From assembly GCA_017482055.1 (NCBI GenBank), contig JAFUOH010000017.1, positions 12,067-76,066 on the forward strand: 64,000 nt of DNA. Direction: 5' to 3'. The stretch is from Clostridia bacterium. GTDB lineage: Bacteria; Bacillota; Clostridia; Oscillospirales; CAG-272. Below are positions 19,934-29,175 of the stretch, piece by piece (position 1 is the stretch's first letter; each line of letters starts with the position of its first letter). The notes beneath the pieces were generated by a model. The model ran no database searches, was not told where the DNA came from, and saw nothing but the letters and a program-made list of their open reading frames with translations. The position numbers and the translations under genes are program-made.

Positions 19934-20062
19934 AAAGATGCTGTCGCATTTAGCACATGTTCTGCATAAACATTCACAAAACATTGGGGCGACCACCGGT
20001 CGCCCCAACAAGTTTATTGTGAGTATTTATGTGATACATGCACTAAAAGCGACAGCATCTTT
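19934..20062. repeat. ~125-bp long-palindromic MITE/REPIN-like element, copy 1
   Basis: Imperfect palindrome over its whole length with core GGGGCGACC-ACC-GGTCGCCCC; homologous to 50221-50341. Confidence 0.8.
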
Positions 20063-20087
20063 TGCTTTTAATATAGTTAATTACCGC

Positions 20088-22370
20088 TTATCTCCGATAC
20101 CACCATGCTACGATAATACCCACAATCAGTACAAGCGCGCATACACCAAGCATGATCCAGGTTGAAGCCGTGTTTGCAGGCAGCCCTTGTGTCTGCCCCG
20201 ACATGTTGCCGAGATCTGGCACCTGCATATTGTTTTGCACTTCACCACGCCCGTTAAATCCGCCCTGATTTTCACTCTGTGACATGTCTCCGCGCTGAGG
20301 GAAGGTATTCTGCCTATCACTCTGTGCGGTATCCGTCGAATCGGTATTATCGCTCACCTCGGCTGTATCTGCCGGCACCACTGTTTCGTTAGGGATCATT
20401 GCCGCGGGATCGAAATTTTCGGGTATTCCCGACGGAATCGAACCACCTTCGGGCATTCCCGGGGGCACATTGCCGCCTTGCATATTATCACCCTGCATAC
20501 CGCCAAAGCCCATGTCACCGCTCGGCATACCTCTGCCGTCAGTCTGAGTGTCGGCGGTTGGTATAAAGGAGGTCTGTGTAGTACCCGCACCACTCTCCGC
20601 GGTATCGGGCATACTGCTTTCACCGCCGCGATTCGGACGCGTCATACCGCCGTTGGAATTTCCGCGGTCCTCACCGAACATATTTCCGCCTCTGCCGCCG
20701 CCAATGCCATTATTCATGGTGCCCATGTCGGATATATTCAATCCGGTCGTATCAACAAGAGTGCTGCTGTCTGCAGATTGCCCCTCGGAGGTAGAAGGAA
20801 TGGAACCGTCAAGCTGTCCCGAAACACTCTCGGCACGCTTCAGGCAAAATTCCTTTATCGCCGCCGCGCCCGTTTCAAACTCCTCAAAAGTGCAGAATTT
20901 TGACGGATCCTTTTCTACATAAGGCTTGATAAGCTCATATGTCTCGTCAATTACGCTTTCAAGATAGCCGTTTTCAAAGAATTGATTAATGAATTCTTCA
21001 AAATACGTGTGATACAGCTCGGTGTAAGCCTCATCATTAAATATCCACGCCACCATCGGACGGTCGGACATATCTCCGGACACGGGAGAATCAATGGGAT
21101 CATTCACCGCGCTCGATGCGTTACTGCCCTGAAATGTGCCATAGGCAAGGTTATAGTCCCAAGGCAGCATTGACATTTTGCCATCCTCTTCATATAGGTA
21201 ATAGTTGTGGATCATTGTTCCCGTGTAGCTGTCACCATTGACCACGAAATTGTGTACTACAAAGTAGCGAATGACATTTTCGACATCCACGGCGCTCTCG
21301 ATATTTTCGCCTTCGGAAAGAATCTTAAGCGAATTTATAAGCCGCGCGGCATCTGCTTCGGTGTAATCGGTCTTGGCGCTGCTGAAAATGTTTGAGTAGC
21401 TGTCGGGATCGTCGTCGATATACTGAAGCTTAACGTCACTGCTGCCCATTCCGCCGCCGAATCCCCCCATTCCGCCACGGTTGCCGCCCATATTGCCGAT
21501 AAATTCCTCAATCTCAGCCATATCGACAGACGATGGGTCAAAATTCTCGGGCATAGCGAAGCCGCCCTCGGTATTATTACCGTCGCCGGGCATCGCTGCA
21601 GACGGGTCAAAGTCATCCGGCATAGTGAAGCCGCCACGTGATGGTACGGTGATCTCCTCAGCAGTATCTCCCGTCTCATTTCCATTAAAATCGAACTCAA
21701 AATCGCTCATGGAAAAGTCTCTGCCGTTGCCACGACCGCCTCCGAAGGACATACTGTCGGGCTTATACAGCTCTCCATGGTCACTGCCGTAGTTGCGCTG
21801 AAGGAAGGAATCCTCCACAGCTTCGACTGCGAGATACAATCCCCAATCCTCGCCGTTTACCGTAATGTAAGCAAAGCTGCACAGCGGAGCCGCCGCACCG
21901 AACTCGTACATCATACGGTATACGAGGTAATCCTTCATAAAGGTGTTGTCCTGTATTATGTTATTAAGGCTCAGCTTGTCAAGCCCGTGATAGCTTTTGG
22001 TGCTGTCATACTGATCAAACTCGATCTTGAAGCTGTATCGGTCGCTGTTCATACTCGATACATTTGAAAGCGAGGTGTTGCCCTTAGCGCGTATACCGAT
22101 ATTTTTATACACTTCTCCGTCGATCACCGCGCTGCACACGGAATATTCCTCATTCTCGCAGGTCTCGATAAAGCTGTCCCAATCATCCATTACGATGTCT
22201 ATGGTGTGTACGCGTGATGCGTCAAACAGCCTGTTCTCATAGCCGATCACACGAGCCGCCGCTTCAATACCGAGTGCCGCACCGTTCATGAACAGCACTG
22301 TCACGATAAGTGTCAGCGCTATAGCAGCGAAGCAGAGCTTATCTATATGCTTATGTGTTGACATTGGCAC
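20088..22370 (-). CDS. CotH-family atypical kinase; extracellular, with N- and C-terminal hydrophobic anchors
   Basis: GIRAKGNTS, SFKIEFD, KLSLNN, GLYLAVE, LYKP, DSY..HNYYLY, PWDYNLAYG; Gly/Met-rich low-complexity inserts; C-terminal TM followed by RR. Confidence 0.88.
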   Translation of the reverse strand: MPMSTHKHIDKLCFAAIALTLIVTVLFMNGAALGIEAAARVIGYENRLFDASRVHTIDIVMDDWDSFIETCENEEYSVCSAVIDGEVYKNIGIRAKGNTSLSNVSSMNSDRYSFKIEFDQYDSTKSYHGLDKLSLNNIIQDNTFMKDYLVYRMMYEFGAAAPLCSFAYITVNGEDWGLYLAVEAVEDSFLQRNYGSDHGELYKPDSMSFGGGRGNGRDFSMSDFEFDFNGNETGDTAEEITVPSRGGFTMPDDFDPSAAMPGDGNNTEGGFAMPENFDPSSVDMAEIEEFIGNMGGNRGGMGGFGGGMGSSDVKLQYIDDDPDSYSNIFSSAKTDYTEADAARLINSLKILSEGENIESAVDVENVIRYFVVHNFVVNGDSYTGTMIHNYYLYEEDGKMSMLPWDYNLAYGTFQGSNASSAVNDPIDSPVSGDMSDRPMVAWIFNDEAYTELYHTYFEEFINQFFENGYLESVIDETYELIKPYVEKDPSKFCTFEEFETGAAAIKEFCLKRAESVSGQLDGSIPSTSEGQSADSSTLVDTTGLNISDMGTMNNGIGGGRGGNMFGEDRGNSNGGMTRPNRGGESSMPDTAESGAGTTQTSFIPTADTQTDGRGMPSGDMGFGGMQGDNMQGGNVPPGMPEGGSIPSGIPENFDPAAMIPNETVVPADTAEVSDNTDSTDTAQSDRQNTFPQRGDMSQSENQGGFNGRGEVQNNMQVPDLGNMSGQTQGLPANTASTWIMLGVCALVLIVGIIVAWWYRR

Positions 22371-22374
22371 AACC

Positions 22375-23046
22375 TCAGTTCATGTAGTCGCCGTTGTAGC
22401 TGACAAGTACCGCGCTCTCAACGCCTTTCATCTCGGCAAGCTCATTTATAAAGTCGGTGTTGTCATCCTTCAGACGAATCTCCATATTAAGCTCAATCAT
22501 GCCCTTCTGTGCGCTCTTGGTCTTTGTAACGGCGCGCAGTGTGTTCTTGATAAGATATTCCTTAGCCGCAGTCTCGCTTGCGTGGTCGGCACAGCGAATG
22601 ACTACGATGTAGGGATTTACATGGGACTTTTTATTAACAAATACAAGCAGGATAACGCCGATGACCACACTGCCGATCACTGCAAGCGGTATCATACCTG
22701 CCGCCAGTACAATTCCCGCTGCAATGGACCAGAACAGGAACGCAATATCAAGCGGTTCCTTTATAGCGGTACGGAAACGCACGATGGACAGCGCACCGAC
22801 CATACCCAGAGAAAGCACTACATTGCTGGTAACCGCCAAAATAACGACCGTGGTGATCATGGTAAGCGCCACTAAAGTAACTCCGAAGCTCGACGAGTAC
22901 ATAACACCGGTGTATGTCTTTTTGTATACAAGGAAAATAAACAGTCCGATGCCAAATGCCAACACAATGGCAAGCAGCATATCAAGCAAGGTAACACTTG
23001 AGATGTTCTCAAGGAAGGATGATTTGAAAATATCGTTAAAATTCAT
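22375..23046 (-). CDS. DUF4956-family membrane protein
   Basis: SNVVLSLGMVGALSIVRFRTAIKEPLD; several TM helices plus a small C-terminal alpha/beta domain. Confidence 0.88.
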   Translation of the reverse strand: MNFNDIFKSSFLENISSVTLLDMLLAIVLAFGIGLFIFLVYKKTYTGVMYSSSFGVTLVALTMITTVVILAVTSNVVLSLGMVGALSIVRFRTAIKEPLDIAFLFWSIAAGIVLAAGMIPLAVIGSVVIGVILLVFVNKKSHVNPYIVVIRCADHASETAAKEYLIKNTLRAVTKTKSAQKGMIELNMEIRLKDDNTDFINELAEMKGVESAVLVSYNGDYMN

Positions 23047-23069
23047 TGTTTTGCTCCTTTATATAAATA

Positions 23070-23741
23070 TTAATCGTATTCACGGCATGCGGCATATTTT
23101 GAAAACGCGCCCGCACGGCGATCTTCAAGCCCCACCGCATCTCTTATGATCGACGGGAGGTATTCGTCCCATTTTACCTCTAAGATGATGGGCGAGCCCT
23201 TCACAGGGACTGTCGGCAGATCGGGGGCAAGCAAATCTACAGATGATAGTCCGGTTCTGATATCATAATCGAGAGTCACGCGGACATTTCCGGGGGCATA
23301 TACAAACGGCTCTCGTGTGTAGTCCACGATCGTTCGCGCACGGAGTCCCTGAGTCCGCATTTTTGCATACAGCTCCCGCACCAACGGATGACTGTGTGAA
23401 TACATAAAGTCTATGTCTCCCGCAGCGATCATGCGCGCTTCATCGGCACTTATCTGCGCGGACTGCTTGTTGCCAAGACCATTCTGCTTGCTCTTTTTTT
23501 CAAGATGTATCAAAGACGTGTCATCATTGTAATACCGAATGCGGAATTTTTCGCGGCTGTTGACGCCGTCAAGCTTTTCCCTGAGCGCACGGTCGGTAGG
23601 CGTATCAAAATACAGACTGCGTATCTTATATTTTCCGTCTATGGCGTGTGGGTCAAGTTGTCCCACAGCACGCATCCGCGAACGTATCGTGAGCATATCC
23701 GCAAAGCTTATCTCATGCTTGTGCTCATGGCGAAAATCCAA
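23070..23741 (-). CDS. VTC (polyphosphate polymerase-like, CYTH/TTM) domain protein
   Basis: RHEHK (ExK), SLYFD, KFRIRYY, LEKK, YTREP, RVTLD, ILEVK, FSKY; TTG start after AAGGAG. Confidence 0.88.
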   Translation of the reverse strand: MDFRHEHKHEISFADMLTIRSRMRAVGQLDPHAIDGKYKIRSLYFDTPTDRALREKLDGVNSREKFRIRYYNDDTSLIHLEKKSKQNGLGNKQSAQISADEARMIAAGDIDFMYSHSHPLVRELYAKMRTQGLRARTIVDYTREPFVYAPGNVRVTLDYDIRTGLSSVDLLAPDLPTVPVKGSPIILEVKWDEYLPSIIRDAVGLEDRRAGAFSKYAACREYD

Positions 23742-23800
23742 CTTCTACTTACTCCTTTCATAATTTTTTACGAGCGCTTTACGCTCGCATCACATGCGAT

Positions 23801-23834
23801 ATTGTACCATTTGTTACTGAAAAGGCGCTGAAAA
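23801..23834 (-). promoter_or_regulatory. Promoter of the VTC operon with an OmpR-type direct repeat
   Basis: Minus strand reads TTTTCAG-cgcc-TTTTCAG-N10-TACAAT. Confidence 0.75.
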
Positions 23835-23884
23835 ACCTCCCGAAATATTGTAAAGAAACTGTTAATGCAAAAAACTTCACAGTT

Positions 23885-23918
23885 TTTTCAGCCTGTTTTC
23901 AGAAATACATTGTACAAT
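23885..23918 (+). promoter_or_regulatory. Promoter of the two-component operon with the same direct repeat
   Basis: TTTTCAG-cctg-TTTTCAG-N10-TACAAT. Confidence 0.75.
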
Positions 23919-23958
23919 ATAAGTGTAACACATATTGATATTTTAAGAAGGTATATAT

Positions 23959-24636
23959 ATGCGCATACTTATCATTGAGGACGAAAAACTGCTGGCTGAA
24001 TCGCTTAAAACGCTGCTTGAATCCAAAGGCTTTGAGGTTGAACTCGCGCTTGACGGCGAGATGGGAAAGGAATACGCCGAGCTTGGCATATACGATCTTT
24101 TGATACTTGATGTCATGATGCCGAAGCTCGACGGATATCAGGTAGCTCGTCAAGTAAGAGCAGAACGTATAACCACGCCCATACTTATGCTCACTGCGAA
24201 ATCAGATGTAGAGGATAAGATCATGGGACTCAACGCGGGCGCGGACTACTATCTCACCAAGCCTTTTGATTCCCGCGAGCTGCTTGCCTGCATAAACGCT
24301 CTCCTGCGCCGTCAAGGCGATCAGATAAATGAGCTGTGTCTTGGCAACACTACTCTCGATCTTGACACCTGCACTCTGATATGCGGCGCAAAAAACGTGC
24401 GGCTGTCTGCAAAGGAGTTTGACATGATGCGATTTTTGCTTGGCGCAAAAAAGCGCATAGTTTCAAAGGAGACGATCCTCGCAAGGGTATGGGGTTACGA
24501 TTCAAATGCGGTAGAAAATCATGTGGAGGTCTACATTGGCTTTCTTCGCAAAAAGCTGCAGAGCATAGGCTCAAACATAACCATTGAAGCCATAAGACGG
24601 CTCGGTTATCATCTTGAGGTGAAGGACGAATGTTAA
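23959..24636 (+). CDS. OmpR/PhoB-family response regulator
   Basis: IEDE, LILDVMMP, LTAK, KPF, winged-helix C-terminus (VEVYIGFLRKKL, RRLGY). Confidence 0.95.
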   Translation: MRILIIEDEKLLAESLKTLLESKGFEVELALDGEMGKEYAELGIYDLLILDVMMPKLDGYQVARQVRAERITTPILMLTAKSDVEDKIMGLNAGADYYLTKPFDSRELLACINALLRRQGDQINELCLGNTTLDLDTCTLICGAKNVRLSAKEFDMMRFLLGAKKRIVSKETILARVWGYDSNAVENHVEVYIGFLRKKLQSIGSNITIEAIRRLGYHLEVKDEC

Positions 24637-25847
24637 AAAAGCTGCGTTTCAGGTTCATATGTATTACGATGACCATAGTCACCGTAATGCTTGCTGTCAT
24701 ACTCGGTATGATAGTGGGTTTCACCAAAAATAATTTAAGGGAACAGAGCATCAGCATGATGCAGGCGGTATCAAACTCCCCCATGAGGCCGATTATGGCA
24801 GACAAAGGACGTGATCGTGCGCCCTTTGTAAATCTTCCATACTTTACGGTGGAAAAACTGCCAAACGGGGAGTTGATGGCAAGCGGAAGCGATGAATATC
24901 ATGATCTTACAGACAATGAATATCTCACTGAGCTTATGAGCACCGTCAGTGCCTCGGACGAGCAGATCGGGACCATAAAAAAATATGCGCTGCGCTACAG
25001 CAAGGTCTCTAACCCAATCTCCGAGCGAGTAGTATTTACCGATATATCAAGCGAGCTCGCGGCAGTAAGCTCACTGACGCGTACCTGTGTTTTCATAGGC
25101 ATCTTGGCGTTTGCCGTGTTCCTTCTACTCACACTGCTGCTTGTCAGATGGGTGACCCGTCCCGTTGAGACTGCATGGAAGCAGCAGCGGCAGTTTGTGG
25201 CGGATGCTTCACATGAGTTGAAAACGCCGTTGACGGTTATCATGACAAATGCAGAGCTGCTTTCCGAGAACAGCTCAAGTGAAGCCGTGCGCACACGCTC
25301 CGCTTACAGTATTCTTGAAATGTCAAAGCGCATGCGAGGACTGACGGAAGAGCTGTTGGAGCTTGCAAGAATCGACAATGGCACAGCAAAAATGGTATTT
25401 GAGTCGGTAAACCTGTCGGACATTGTCGAAAATGCCATTCTGCCGTTTGAAGCCATGTTTTTTGAACGATCGCTGACCCTTGACACAGCCATAGAAAAGG
25501 ATATATATGTAAACGGCAGCGGCTCACATCTGCGGCAGGTCATCGACATTCTGCTCGATAACGCTCAAAAATATGCCCACTCCGGCGGTAAAGTAAAAGT
25601 GATACTGTCACGTTCGGGACATTTCGCCTGTACGCTCAGCGTATCAAACACCGGTGACGAGATACCAAAGGATGAGCTCCGTGATATATTCAAGCGCTTC
25701 TACCGCGCCGACAAATCCCGCACCGACGGTCACAGCTACGGTCTCGGTCTATCCATCGCAGAAGGCATCGTTCGCGAGCACAGAGGAAAGATCTGGGTGG
25801 AAAGCCGCGATGGGATAAACAAGTTTTCGGTTTATCTTCCTCTATAA
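24630..25847 (+). CDS. Membrane sensor histidine kinase
   Basis: Two TM helices, H-box DASHELKTPL, ILLDNA, FKRFYR, GLGLSI. Confidence 0.95.
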   Translation: MLKKLRFRFICITMTIVTVMLAVILGMIVGFTKNNLREQSISMMQAVSNSPMRPIMADKGRDRAPFVNLPYFTVEKLPNGELMASGSDEYHDLTDNEYLTELMSTVSASDEQIGTIKKYALRYSKVSNPISERVVFTDISSELAAVSSLTRTCVFIGILAFAVFLLLTLLLVRWVTRPVETAWKQQRQFVADASHELKTPLTVIMTNAELLSENSSSEAVRTRSAYSILEMSKRMRGLTEELLELARIDNGTAKMVFESVNLSDIVENAILPFEAMFFERSLTLDTAIEKDIYVNGSGSHLRQVIDILLDNAQKYAHSGGKVKVILSRSGHFACTLSVSNTGDEIPKDELRDIFKRFYRADKSRTDGHSYGLGLSIAEGIVREHRGKIWVESRDGINKFSVYLPL

Positions 25848-25892
25848 ACAAAACGAGACCGCCCATACCGATCGGTACGGACGGTCTTACTT

Positions 25893-26087
25893 TTAGTGGC
25901 AGGTGCCGTTTTCGCAGCCGGACTTCTTAACGAAGGATTCGCAGTCAACGCACTGGCAAACGGTAGGGTTTGCTTCATGGGTGGCAATGCGTACCTTATT
26001 GAGCGTGCAGTAATTTTCGTTGCCGCAGTGATACTCGCACTGCTTTACGGAACATTCGATGGAGGGATTGGGAGACTTGTTTTCCAT
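25893..26087 (-). CDS. Small Cys-rich DUF1540-like protein
   Basis: IECSVKQCEYH...YC...VDCESF pattern; AGGATGG upstream. Confidence 0.75.
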   Translation of the reverse strand: MENKSPNPSIECSVKQCEYHCGNENYCTLNKVRIATHEANPTVCQCVDCESFVKKSGCENGTCH

Positions 26088-26174
26088 TATAAAATACCAT
26101 CCTAACTTGATAATATGGAGGTCGGTGTCATAACCGACTTCGATATTATTCTGTACCGCTTCAAAGTCGTTTAA

Positions 26175-27080
26175 TCAGGTATTTTTTGACAATTTCGAGA
26201 GTATGCACCGTTCTCTTAAAAGAGCCGCCACACCGTCAAGGGCGCTTCGACAGATACCAAGCGGCTCGGTAATGATCTGCGGCATCATTTCCGCATCTAA
26301 GCCTGACATGGCAAGCCGTGCGTGTAATTCTTCCGATATAACGTCACAATCATCCTCATGCTCACAAGATACATGTACCGTCTCGGGATCAATGACTGCA
26401 CATAAATTCGAAAGAAGCGATATAAGCGACTCGCGGGAATCTGCTGCCCGCGCGAAATCGCCCGCCTTGCCGTGAGCACCGCTGTACAGTCTGCCGCTAA
26501 ACGTAACGGCACCGTCAACGCTTCCATCGGAGCCAAGGCGTACCAACAGCGCCACACCGCTCGTATCGAGTCTTGCGGAATTAGCGGCGGCATATGCACG
26601 GCTTTCTTCAATGATCAGCTCGGGAGCGTGCCCGAGCGCCTCCGTAAAACCTTTTGCATATTCGGCAGCATCATTGCCCGCCGTCACGCATCCGATCCCA
26701 AGCAGCTCACCACCGAAGGCTTCAATAAAATGAGCGAATCCCGATAGTGCCAGTGATGTGATCTCTGTCTCTTCGGTCTCGTATTCGCTTCGTATATTCA
26801 GCGCAAGATCACATACACGCACGCGGCGCTTGACCCCGGTCAGATCATACAACAGCATACCGCAGTTATCAGTAAGCGAGCATATACCGCTTTTACGTCC
26901 CACCGAGCCGCGGGACTGCTTGTGCTCGGTAAGTATGCCGCAGGAGCAAAGCAGCTCCACTGCCTTGCCTACCGTCACCTGACTGAAGCCCGTCATACTC
27001 GAAAGCTGTGCACGGCTTATCTCTCCACACCGCGCCACTGTTTCAAACACCGCCATTACACTGCTTTGCTCGTTTTGCAT
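26175..27080 (-). CDS. ROK-family-like transcriptional regulator (HTH plus degenerate ROK domain)
   Basis: ISRAQLSSMTGFSQVTV HTH, VGRK, GRLYSGAHGKAGDF, IDPETV; ATG at 27080 after GAGGAG. Confidence 0.7.
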   Translation of the reverse strand: MQNEQSSVMAVFETVARCGEISRAQLSSMTGFSQVTVGKAVELLCSCGILTEHKQSRGSVGRKSGICSLTDNCGMLLYDLTGVKRRVRVCDLALNIRSEYETEETEITSLALSGFAHFIEAFGGELLGIGCVTAGNDAAEYAKGFTEALGHAPELIIEESRAYAAANSARLDTSGVALLVRLGSDGSVDGAVTFSGRLYSGAHGKAGDFARAADSRESLISLLSNLCAVIDPETVHVSCEHEDDCDVISEELHARLAMSGLDAEMMPQIITEPLGICRSALDGVAALLRERCILSKLSKNT

Positions 27081-27333
27081 GATGCTCCTCCCGACAAAGA
27101 AAAATTTTGATATTAAAATTATACATGAATTTTCGATTTTTGTCAATATCCCTGTCGAATGAAGGCTTGTGCAGCCGATTTATGTGTTTCAATTTGGGTT
27201 TGGCTATAAATTATTTACAATCCGTCAATAGTCAGTATCAAATTTGATGGTAAAATATTTAACTGATAAAGTGTTCAGCATAGTGTGTGCCGAAATGACA
27301 TAAAACGACATTACGAAAGGAAATTGCTTCATA

Positions 27334-28347
27334 ATGAATTCAAGTACACGCCGCGCGCGTATAATTTCTACGGGCTCATATATCCCGGAGCGGGTGCTTT
27401 CAAATGACGATCTTTCACGTATGGTGGAAACAGACGACGAATGGATCCGCGAGCGCACAGGTATCGGTGAACGCCGTATAAACACCTCAATGAAGAATCA
27501 TGAGATGGCTGTGATCGCCGCAAAACGAGCTTTGGAAGCAAGCGGGCTTTCCCCTCTCGATATTGATCTTGTGATCGCTTCAACCGTTACCAATGATAAC
27601 TACACCCCCGCTCTTGCCTGCCATGTACAGGCGGGTGTCGGCGCCAAAAACGCCTTCGCTTTTGATATAAACGCCGGCTGTTCGGGCTTTGTATATGCTC
27701 TTGACACCGCATCGGCGTTCATCTCGGCGAGCCGTCCCGGAACAAGACAGGTGAACAATGTGCTCATCGTTTGCTCCGAAGTATTGTCGCGAATTACAGA
27801 TTATACCGATCGAACCTCCTGTGTATTGTTCGGTGATGGTGCAGGTGCGGCGGTTGTATGCGCCGACAGTGAACACGGACTTCTTTCATCTTATATTAAG
27901 ACCGACGGCACAGGCGCCGACAGCATCACGGCTCCCGCATTGACTTCCGTTATAGCGAATGATGACGGTACCATCGAAAACAACCCCGACAAAATCACCG
28001 AGGGTCTGAAAATGAACGGCAGAAAGGTTTTCACATTCGCTGTCAAAGCAATTCCCGAAGCGCTCTCAGAAGCACTCAAGGCAGCAGATGTTACTGCAGA
28101 TGAGCTTAAATACGTAATAATGCACCAGGCAAATATACGAATAATCAATTCCGCGGTCGAGCGCCTCGGTATTGATCCCGAAAAAGCCCCCGTCAATATT
28201 GAGCGATACGGAAACACCTCAAGCGCCAGCGTTCCGATACTCCTTGATGAGCTCAATCGCGCAGGAAAATTACAGCGCGGTGACAAGCTCGCCATTGAGG
28301 GCTTCGGTTCGGGACTGACCTACGGTGCCGCAATAATCGAGTGGTAA
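27334..28347 (+). CDS. fabH: Beta-ketoacyl-ACP synthase III
   Basis: WIRERTGI, AGCSGF, FGDGAGA, HQANIRII, YGNTSSAS. Confidence 0.95.
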   Translation: MNSSTRRARIISTGSYIPERVLSNDDLSRMVETDDEWIRERTGIGERRINTSMKNHEMAVIAAKRALEASGLSPLDIDLVIASTVTNDNYTPALACHVQAGVGAKNAFAFDINAGCSGFVYALDTASAFISASRPGTRQVNNVLIVCSEVLSRITDYTDRTSCVLFGDGAGAAVVCADSEHGLLSSYIKTDGTGADSITAPALTSVIANDDGTIENNPDKITEGLKMNGRKVFTFAVKAIPEALSEALKAADVTADELKYVIMHQANIRIINSAVERLGIDPEKAPVNIERYGNTSSASVPILLDELNRAGKLQRGDKLAIEGFGSGLTYGAAIIEW

Positions 28348-28361
28348 CAAGGAGATAAAAA

Positions 28362-29108
28362 ATGTCAAATAAAACTGTAATCGTCACCGGTGCCGCAAAG
28401 GGCATCGGTCTGGCGATAGCCTGCGGTTTTGCCGCAAGGGGCTATAATATAGCCCTGAATTATCGTTCCGATAACGGCACACAGTGTGCTGCGCTTGAAG
28501 CCTGCCGCGCTGCCGCCAAGGACGGTGCCGAGGTTGAGCTGTTCCGCGCCGACGTGTCAAAAGCGGATGAGTGCAAAGCCATGGTCGAAGCTGTAATTGC
28601 ACGCTTCGGAGGTATATGGGCACTTGTCAACAATGCGGGCATCACCCGCGACGGTCTGCTCATGCGCATGAGCGAAGAACAGTTTGACGAGGTCATTGCA
28701 TGTAACTTAAAATCTGTCTATAATATGTCAAAGGCGGTCACGCCCGTTATGACAAAGGCGCGCGCAGGACGCATCATCAGTATCACAAGCGTGGTAGGTA
28801 TCTACGGCAACGCAGGTCAGACCAACTATGCCGCATCCAAGGCAGCGATCATCGGATTCACGAAATCTCTTGCCAAGGAGATCGGCAGCCGCGGCATCAC
28901 CGTCAACTGTATTGCTCCCGGCTTTATCGAGACCGACATGACCGATGCGCTGGGTGAAGATGCAAAAAAGGCACTGTACGACCGCATCGCTCTTCGCCGT
29001 ATAGGCAAGCCCGAGGATATTGCAAACGCCGCGGCATTCCTTGCAAGCGAGGATGCCTCCTACATCACTGCGCAGACCCTCTCGGTCGACGGCGCGATAA
29101 GTCTTTAA
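28362..29108 (+). CDS. fabG: 3-oxoacyl-ACP reductase
   Basis: TGAAKGIG, NNAGITRD, NYAASK, APGFIETDMT. Confidence 0.95.
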   Translation: MSNKTVIVTGAAKGIGLAIACGFAARGYNIALNYRSDNGTQCAALEACRAAAKDGAEVELFRADVSKADECKAMVEAVIARFGGIWALVNNAGITRDGLLMRMSEEQFDEVIACNLKSVYNMSKAVTPVMTKARAGRIISITSVVGIYGNAGQTNYAASKAAIIGFTKSLAKEIGSRGITVNCIAPGFIETDMTDALGEDAKKALYDRIALRRIGKPEDIANAAAFLASEDASYITAQTLSVDGAISL

Positions 29109-29175
29109 TAATATAGCGTATTATTGGGTCGAGCATCGCTCGTCCGAATATCATAAAACGAAAGGATACAAACCA

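Noticed and set aside
23959-25847. Calling the two-component system PhoP/PhoR
   Set aside because: The motifs are generic OmpR/HisKA, the kinase has no obvious PAS domain, and the repeat is not a Pho box.
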